From IMG/VR virus record IMGVR_UViG_3300010370_000031: 20,000 nucleotides of DNA. One strand, given 5' to 3'. This document shows, one piece after another, positions 15,401 to 20,000 of this stretch (position 1 is the first letter of the stretch; every line of letters starts with the position of its first letter). Below the pieces are notes generated by a model. It was not told the origin of the DNA, did no database searches, and worked only from the letters and a program-made list of their open reading frames with translations. Origin of the DNA: an uncultured virus (IMG/VR IMGVR_UViG_3300010370_000031) (lineage: Duplodnaviria > Heunggongvirae > Uroviricota > Caudoviricetes). The position numbers were made by a program, and so were the translations under genes.

Positions 15401-18018
15401 GGTTTTGCTGCAACAGATCCAGAAGACTGGGTGTAACCAGATCCTCTTTTTGTGACTATAAAATGAGAAATAGTATTTTCTTTTGCAATAGACAAAGTAT
15501 TACCAGATTCATCAGTAATAGTTTCACCAGAAACAAAATTACCAGATAATAATTTAACCATCAAAATATTCGATGAGCTAAAACTAGAATCTGAAGTTCC
15601 TTCAACAACTGCATATGCACCACTTGTCAATCCAGTTATATATTGTCCAGCAGCAAATCCTTGAGTAATTTTTTGAGATGTAATTATTTTTGTAAAAAAT
15701 ATTGGATTGAAATATTCTAAGTTGAAAATACTGTTGTAAACAGAATTTCCTGCAGAATCTTTTCCTTTTGATATTACTCTGTCCGTTTCCTGATTAAAAC
15801 CTTCACCTCTTTTAACCAAAGCAAAGTTTTTTGGTTTCGCAATGCCTATTATTGGGGTTATTGTTTCACTGTAATCAACAATTTCGCCAAATGGCAAAAT
15901 TGCATTTCCAGCACCAATTGGCACTGTCAAAGAAATAGCACCTGTTGCTGCTGAATTTGGATTAGATGATAGTGCATATTCAAAATATCTATCTGTCGGT
16001 CCAGCTAAAACAGTTGCTCCGCTAACATTATAAACATCTGGAATAGCACCTGCAATGGTGAAATTATTTCCAGCAGAGAGTCCATGATTAGTTAATGTAG
16101 TAACTTTTGCAATATAATTATTTACTCCATTTACAATTCTCACTTCATATTCTAATGATAAAACCTGCACTTGTGTGCCAGAGGCTTGCCAGTAATAATT
16201 TTGTGCATTAAAAGCCCCATTATCAGTAGTGCTTCCTTGCGATCTGTAAAATAATTGTCTTCTTTTTACATCAGTGGTTGCAGAAGAAGCACTTAATGCA
16301 GTAGGAATAAAATCAGCATTGTCATACTCAATAAATTTATCTTGTAAATCTCTTTTATTACCTAAAACAGTTAACTCTAGATACAATTCACCGCCAATAT
16401 CATCTGGTCTTGCAATTATTGAATAAGCGATAACTTCTACATAATCTACAGCAGTTGCTGCTAAAGATTGTGCTAAATTAGAAACATAGTATAATTTTTG
16501 ACCTAAAATATAATCATAATTTGCTGCTGGTGATTTTGCTTTTATGTAAATAGTTTTTACAGCATAATCGTGAATAACATTAGTTTTTGCTAAAGATTTT
16601 AATGGATTACCTCTTCTAGATAATGTTTTTCTTGTGCCAGAATCTCCATTATAACCGAGATATCCATCGTTAAAAAGAGAAGAAAAATAAACAGTAGGAT
16701 ATGAAGTTAATTGATCTCCTTCATTGTTTAGTGGAAGACTGTTGTATACATTGGTAATGTTGAAAGATGGCAAACCATATGTTTTAATTCTATTATTTTC
16801 TCTTTCTAGAGTATCTCTCGCTTTTTCTGATTCTATGTATTTTGTCTCTTTATTTGCTAATTCATATCCTCTAACATAAGCTTTGCCTGGTCCAATCCCA
16901 ATAGCAAGTTTTTTTTCTGCTTCTTGTTGTGAATATTTTTTCTCGCTAACTGTTCCATCAACTCTAGTTGGATACAATCCCTGATTGTCACTTTTTTGCC
17001 AAAATTCTCTAACTTCAATTGGAAAATTATCTACGACATAATCACCTGATTCGTCATATGTCCTTCTAGCTAGAGTTTCTTCTAAATCATTGTATGGTTT
17101 TTTAGAAATTTTTCTTTGAATTATTCCTAAACGTAATTGAATTAATTCAATAAAATTATCATCAGTATCTGTTTCCAAATCATAAGATACTAAATTTAAA
17201 TCAATTTTTAATCTATGGGCTCCAGGAGCAGAATAGTTAGAAAATCCTCTAGCATTATCGTATAATGTATAATCTTCTTCTGGTGTTACAATATCTTCAG
17301 AAATAATAAAACCAACTTTTTTTGATGGTTGAGAATAATATTTGTCAATAACTAAAAGTTGTTGTGCATTCTGCACAAAGAATCCATTTACAAAGTATAT
17401 ACCAGATTCTACTTGCACAGCAGAAGCAAATCCCATTGCAGCACTAGGAATTTTTGTTGATTCTCCTGTATCTGGATCTATACTAATAATTTCTGATGGT
17501 AACGAGCTACCATCGGTCCCAACCGTTAATCTGGGACTATTTGTAATATTAACCTCTAGTTCTTCACCTTGCCTAAAAGTATTTTCACTATTATCACCAC
17601 TACTCAAATAATTTACATAGATTGTATCAGATTCTGTTTCTGTTCCGTATGATGCTTCCAGCACAATTGCTTTAACACCAGAATTTAAACCAATTAAAGT
17701 AGTACCAATTAGGTCTTTAATATCATACTTCTTAAATTTAATTTCACCGCCAACGTTTTCAGCAACTTCTGATACAGAAGATAATTTTACATAGTTGAGA
17801 CGATTATTAAAAGAAATCTCACCTGGAATTACTTGTTGACCTTGTTTGAATTGGTATTTTCCAAGCTGCTCAATTTGATTCTGGAGAATTGACTGTAATT
17901 GAGTTAATTCTCTTGTTTGAATAGAATATCCTGGTCTAAAAAGAATTTTATAGAAATTTTTAGACGCATCAAAATCGTCATTATACTCTTTCGTATTTAA
18001 GTTAATTTTCTGTGGCAT
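9481..18018 (-). CDS. Giant virion structural protein, VrlC-like / DUF4815-containing (baseplate-associated)
   Basis: 2845 aa. N-terminus YNDDFDASKNFYKILFRPGYSIQTRELTQLQSILQNQI; motifs LARRTYDESGDY, GKAYVRGYE, FDDGQRD, IDFRP, RRYTMRDIGKLEKRIERLEYYT, DRFKSGIIVDSF, PLSQTF, QDIKFTLYRA; C-terminus FSSFAIKIVM...PKIQDARIVA. It lies directly after gp8, as recalled for T4-like cyanophages. Confidence 0.88.
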   Translation of the reverse strand: MPQKINLNTKEYNDDFDASKNFYKILFRPGYSIQTRELTQLQSILQNQIEQLGKYQFKQGQQVIPGEISFNNRLNYVKLSSVSEVAENVGGEIKFKKYDIKDLIGTTLIGLNSGVKAIVLEASYGTETESDTIYVNYLSSGDNSENTFRQGEELEVNITNSPRLTVGTDGSSLPSEIISIDPDTGESTKIPSAAMGFASAVQVESGIYFVNGFFVQNAQQLLVIDKYYSQPSKKVGFIISEDIVTPEEDYTLYDNARGFSNYSAPGAHRLKIDLNLVSYDLETDTDDNFIELIQLRLGIIQRKISKKPYNDLEETLARRTYDESGDYVVDNFPIEVREFWQKSDNQGLYPTRVDGTVSEKKYSQQEAEKKLAIGIGPGKAYVRGYELANKETKYIESEKARDTLERENNRIKTYGLPSFNITNVYNSLPLNNEGDQLTSYPTVYFSSLFNDGYLGYNGDSGTRKTLSRRGNPLKSLAKTNVIHDYAVKTIYIKAKSPAANYDYILGQKLYYVSNLAQSLAATAVDYVEVIAYSIIARPDDIGGELYLELTVLGNKRDLQDKFIEYDNADFIPTALSASSATTDVKRRQLFYRSQGSTTDNGAFNAQNYYWQASGTQVQVLSLEYEVRIVNGVNNYIAKVTTLTNHGLSAGNNFTIAGAIPDVYNVSGATVLAGPTDRYFEYALSSNPNSAATGAISLTVPIGAGNAILPFGEIVDYSETITPIIGIAKPKNFALVKRGEGFNQETDRVISKGKDSAGNSVYNSIFNLEYFNPIFFTKIITSQKITQGFAAGQYITGLTSGAYAVVEGTSDSSFSSSNILMVKLLSGNFVSGETITDESGNTLSIAKENTISHFIVTKRGSGYTQSSGSVAAKPTSIDGKAIDSSVVRPLLISGKVVSVSIVDRNLLNQQYVNPPSVVVNSDSGNVPTQTAVVKAVLFKNTITTYTNENIKSFYSEFGSNGANKFTADIEAFTNDYSTSKNVTNVTFSGIAGRKYLTCLNFSGNAENELIAGDIIQFIDSNNIIRRNIVESVFAPSGLSRSIIYLDTALKADVNNQVIVRKRTKIVSPQNPSLLYPVGFRNPESLISSSDDSKIKYYVRRDFITTSSTSGGTITFSATLRFGTQRFIGFTESNFILTVLDKGNSNTGLQNGDIMYITPNQVATLTTGGIAITLDNLVFRNDASSASNVVLKLTATIEIDKASPRTKNAVRNKRIVVVTSGDKVIPLRGYDYDEQTADVISYADAFGTYGNDIKVFEGSTTTPPVLDDQNNVIDGFDITDHFTFDDGQRDTFLDVARLVLKPGYEPPVGQLVIVFNYFEHSQGDFACVDSYTLTGTPVEDIPSFNSPILGKVSLRDVIDFRPKVDVNTIITGFQNKTLLLSGETIGFNGSGGIPCATPAHEENVESSVIFNSKQYLDRIDGIFLNKKGEFIVKKGNSSLNPSKPETPDDAVALYYLFLPAYTTSTKDVRITAVDNRRYTMRDIGKLEKRIERLEYYTTMSILEQQTFNMQIKDDIGLDRFKSGIIVDSFENHGVGNLSALDYKCAIDTQQSILRPKTVEKSYSLVEYNTTQQQRTTDGYKRTGEVITLPYASQSVVQNKFATTGGEINPNPFVVVQYVGDINISPNIDHWFDDSIEPSVLNNDTKVFSVFLSKSDAREGYSSLNNFYLTSWLGTNRTFYNVSSLSQVTSNTNTTVANATVATSSNISPQNNEIGKGIQTVSNGSKVVSSSVQLYARSRAIKFIARRLRPNTRFYAFVDGRNVSRWIAQDTRFTGIAGNSVGAFGANEGGFAITSDSSGNASGIFIFPAGAAPVQNASWTGDINTVSYDTGESAPKLNLTTGIKTLRFTTSSADVNVSSDEVTSYAECKYYPTGVFPVQPSSIISTVPSFLKAAEGIQFIDKASTESKPSPLSQTFRVENFEGGIFVTELDLFFSSKSDTLPIRVYLTDTNTGKPGNYIIPGTEVVKDPNTYLRVVASGTLDLTIGETISGAESGVSGIVSQVIDNNGNTLTPTLQKTVSLTNSQVYIVVLSNYTSLTGNSFKETELLNIPSLINKNALNNTQLTVSICKNSGKIVRLDVVDYGEGYDSATLIIQSPQLPGGSNALGNVSISNGEVFEANILLAGSGYTDTPSIILRPNGSISREAVIIPVLEIDTPAVRMGVSVDPNNGVISKSISPTKFVFDHPVYLQNNTDYALAIETDSINYSLWSSRLGETDVATAQVVTQQPLLGSVFKSQNVDSWVEDLSQDIKFTLYRAVFTTNTNATVKLTNENLGYELLDTNTIETDSSSNDSATSSLFKNNNKIVRIIHPNNGFEDSGKSYVTFKQVETTGGIDGEYFNSNLFQVSNAGLEYYNITSNLGAGSTTMGGGNKILASYNRKYEKLYPQIGYLSFANTPFDAQVKTTNIIPVDSRGENYLSYSQSSYETTFINEEHYFTNQKVIASSFNEIKNGSTWTDAKKSLVYKLSFSTPVDNLSPLIDLRSSSVKTISSFVDKGYGSETRYGRRYKYLRFYPVYKFQVSNLPSNSQGQAILPTIGQSVVGNTTNTRGEIIKVSSNTIYVKIKNSGLYQAGETLTFGVQNLSGAFVSINGITEVLPIFTPNTNVEVYRQDLVNRFNNKIYAKIISWDPITKELKILEEKSPINGDYTSFAEGTTYGRSSANNGANQQPDIIRVYDKLWHQNIAPQNQTDTNESVPGFIEVSSISYSPGILYISDINPKNTSALAKYLTKEISLANAATSIDVRLTANLASQDDVEVYYKTKAVNSQSVFDDIEWIPFNKNGGPDIDVAPSNEIAIAGLFEDQSSYKEHKYSVSNLTEFSSFAIKIVMKASNPCYIPKIQDARIVAAF

Positions 18019-18059
18019 TTCTATTCAAGGTGAAGTTTTTATTATCAAGAAAAGTGTAA

Positions 18060-19940
18060 TCAGAATTCGATAACTAATTTAATATCTTCAATTTGATCTG
18101 GAGCTCTTGTAATTAGTCTTCGGTTTTCAACATAAACAATATCTCCACTATACTTAGCAATTTCTGGAAGTGCTAATCCATTAGCAAAAGATAATCCCAA
18201 TAAAGGCAATACTGATCCACCAGTTGTATAAGTAGTTTCTACAGTGCCAGTAATTAAAGAAGTCTGTCCTGTAATTACTTTTGCTGCATCAGAAACAAAT
18301 GCTCTTACTACACCATTATCAGTGTGGTAATCTGGACTCTGGAAATATTTCAATACTCCAGATGAAGGTGTTTGTCCAGCAGGTACATCATCCCAAACCC
18401 AAGAAACTACTGAACCTCTAGCAAATTGACCAGATGCTACTTCCTGTTGAATGATTTCATCTGGTTGAAAAGCACCAGTAACATTATTTAATTTAAGAGC
18501 ATACAAACCGCTTAATGTTTCTGCAGTAGCGAAATCTGTTGAAGGTGCAGGAAGTTTTGGATTTTTAATAATTCCAATTCTTCTAAAATCATTATCTACA
18601 GGAAAATCTCCTTGTCCTTCAGCATAAGTTAAACGAATATTTGCCATTACTCTTTTGGCAAATAATTCTCTGATTGGATCTGAACCGTGACCTCCTTTTA
18701 CTGGAATAATAACTTCGATATTTCCTGTTGCACTACCAGAGACAGTAAATGGTGAAGTGAAATCTGGATTTTCAAATAAATATCCATTCTTCAATAAAAT
18801 ATTAGCATATGTATATCCAGATCCAGAAATATTTACTTTATTACCAGAAGCATCGCATAAAAATGCTTTATCAATAGTTCCAGATGAAGTGGTTTCAATT
18901 CTAACTCTTCCGTTAGATCCATTGCCAATAATTCTTGCGTAAATTACTTCACTAGCTGGTAAATTTGATCCAATATTTCTAACAACAATTGCACTGATTG
19001 CTCCAGATTGAGTTGCTGCTAAATTTTGCACTGTAGTATCTGCTACAATTGGCATAAAGTCAGTAGAAAGAAAACGAATTACGTCATTGGTTGGAATAGT
19101 ATACATATATTTCCAAACATAACCATTATCTGCTACTGTTGGATATTCAGTAAAAATTCCCGTTGCAGAATCATAAGCTCCTTGTCCAGTTGGAGTTGGA
19201 TTTCTGCGTGGTTGTAAAGAAGCATTTACACCGTTGGGATTAGTGGCACTTTCTCCATTGTATAGACATTTGAAAACTTCGTAATTTTCATTAACTACAT
19301 AAAATCTAGCATTAGAAATACTTTGAGCTGGACCAGAAGGACCAGAACCATCTGGATCTACCGCTGCTGGTTTAGCGTATGAATAATCTGGTTTCCACAT
19401 GTCAAATTTAGGATTGACAGTTGGATTCCAGTTATATCTTCTTACAACTGCTCTTACCTGTTCCGCAGTAATTCTTTTCAAAGCAATCATATCGTCATGA
19501 ATGCTTTGATCTTCTTCTTGGTTATCAGCTGGTCTTAGGGGAATTTCGTCAGTGGAATAACGATATACGGCAGCATTTGCGGTAGCATTAGAAGTGTTGC
19601 CTCTAATTTGACTACCAATTCCAGGGATAGCAGTGATGTTAGGAAAAACGTTTGACACTAGAAGACTGTTTGGATAAACAGCTTCTACTGTTGCTCGGAA
19701 AGGACTATTTGAAAGAGTGATTCCAGTTCCAGTTACATAAATTTGCTCTCCAACCTGAAAACTTCCGACAGGAGCATAAATTTCAATATATGCTTGCCAT
19801 CTTTGTGGTCTCCCAACAAAGAAGTAAGATTTTGTTCTTTCTTCTGAAGTAGCTTCGGTGCCAGTAGCACCTTCTGATAAGGATTCTAAAAATTGAATCG
19901 CATTAAAAATTCTGAATTTTTCAGAAATAATGGCTGCCAT
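18060..19940 (-). CDS. gp8: Baseplate wedge subunit, T4 gp8-like (long cyanophage form)
   Basis: 626 aa. N-terminus MAAIISEKFRIFNA; motifs YFFVGRPQRW, DDMIALKRI, VVRRYNW, VFKCLYNG, GYVWKYMYTIP, FLSTDFMP, GGHGSD, DNDFRRIGIIKNP; C-terminus YSGDIVYVENRRLITRAPDQIEDIKLVIEF. SD AGGGA upstream. Confidence 0.93.
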   Translation of the reverse strand: MAAIISEKFRIFNAIQFLESLSEGATGTEATSEERTKSYFFVGRPQRWQAYIEIYAPVGSFQVGEQIYVTGTGITLSNSPFRATVEAVYPNSLLVSNVFPNITAIPGIGSQIRGNTSNATANAAVYRYSTDEIPLRPADNQEEDQSIHDDMIALKRITAEQVRAVVRRYNWNPTVNPKFDMWKPDYSYAKPAAVDPDGSGPSGPAQSISNARFYVVNENYEVFKCLYNGESATNPNGVNASLQPRRNPTPTGQGAYDSATGIFTEYPTVADNGYVWKYMYTIPTNDVIRFLSTDFMPIVADTTVQNLAATQSGAISAIVVRNIGSNLPASEVIYARIIGNGSNGRVRIETTSSGTIDKAFLCDASGNKVNISGSGYTYANILLKNGYLFENPDFTSPFTVSGSATGNIEVIIPVKGGHGSDPIRELFAKRVMANIRLTYAEGQGDFPVDNDFRRIGIIKNPKLPAPSTDFATAETLSGLYALKLNNVTGAFQPDEIIQQEVASGQFARGSVVSWVWDDVPAGQTPSSGVLKYFQSPDYHTDNGVVRAFVSDAAKVITGQTSLITGTVETTYTTGGSVLPLLGLSFANGLALPEIAKYSGDIVYVENRRLITRAPDQIEDIKLVIEF

Positions 19941-19976
19941 AGTATTCCCTTTGCTTAATTGCTGATAATTCCGAGT

Positions 19977-19990
19977 TATTTATATTTATA
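19977..19990 (-). promoter_or_regulatory. Two overlapping perfect T4 late promoters (TATAAATATAAATA) upstream of gp8
   Basis: Plus-strand TATTTATA at 19977-19984 and again at 19983-19990. Confidence 0.8.
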
Positions 19991-20000
19991 CTGTTTATAA

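Noticed and set aside
9481..18018. Intein, intron or virulence function in the 2845-aa ORF
   Set aside because: No intein splice motifs or homing endonuclease motifs were recognised and the frame is uninterrupted. The VrlC name is historical; context indicates a virion structural protein.
260..19217. Plus-strand ORFs in the track (e.g. 260-475, 1406-1741, 2692-2997, 13718-14062) and the out-of-frame minus ORF 12516-12728
   Set aside because: They are antisense or nested shadows of long structural genes, often with non-ATG starts, and show no recognisable motifs.
1..20000. CRISPR array, tRNA, long ncRNA or alternative genetic code
   Set aside because: Intergenic gaps are all about 60 nt or shorter, no DNA direct-repeat array was seen, and the standard code gives near-complete coding coverage.

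Overview
The window is a co-oriented, minus-strand, AT-rich block of late structural genes from a T4-like myovirus, most likely a cyanophage (Kyanoviridae-like; judged from gene content and order, no database search run). In transcription order it encodes: baseplate wedge gp8 (626 aa); a giant VrlC/DUF4815-like virion protein (2845 aa); a 70-aa conserved protein; a 1646-aa mosaic beta-helix fibre/spike; a 68-aa coiled-coil protein; a 110-aa Ig-like adaptor; a 114-aa connector; a 497-aa fibre; a 73-aa coiled-coil protein; a 176-aa short fibre/connector; and a further tail fibre (ATG at 975, missing from the ORF track) that runs off the window edge. T4-type late promoters (TATAAATA and variants) precede five genes, and one is built into a 13-bp terminator hairpin. 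The most interesting signals are: (1) a possible plug-and-socket fibre chain, with repeated gp37-N/Mtd_N-like heads and C-terminal DxGxF tails; (2) a codon-context signature of GTAC avoidance; (3) a cupredoxin-like domain that has lost three of its four copper ligands; (4) the fused terminator/late promoter. No tRNA, rRNA, CRISPR array or mobile element was seen. Family assignments come from motif recall and need HMM or structure confirmation.
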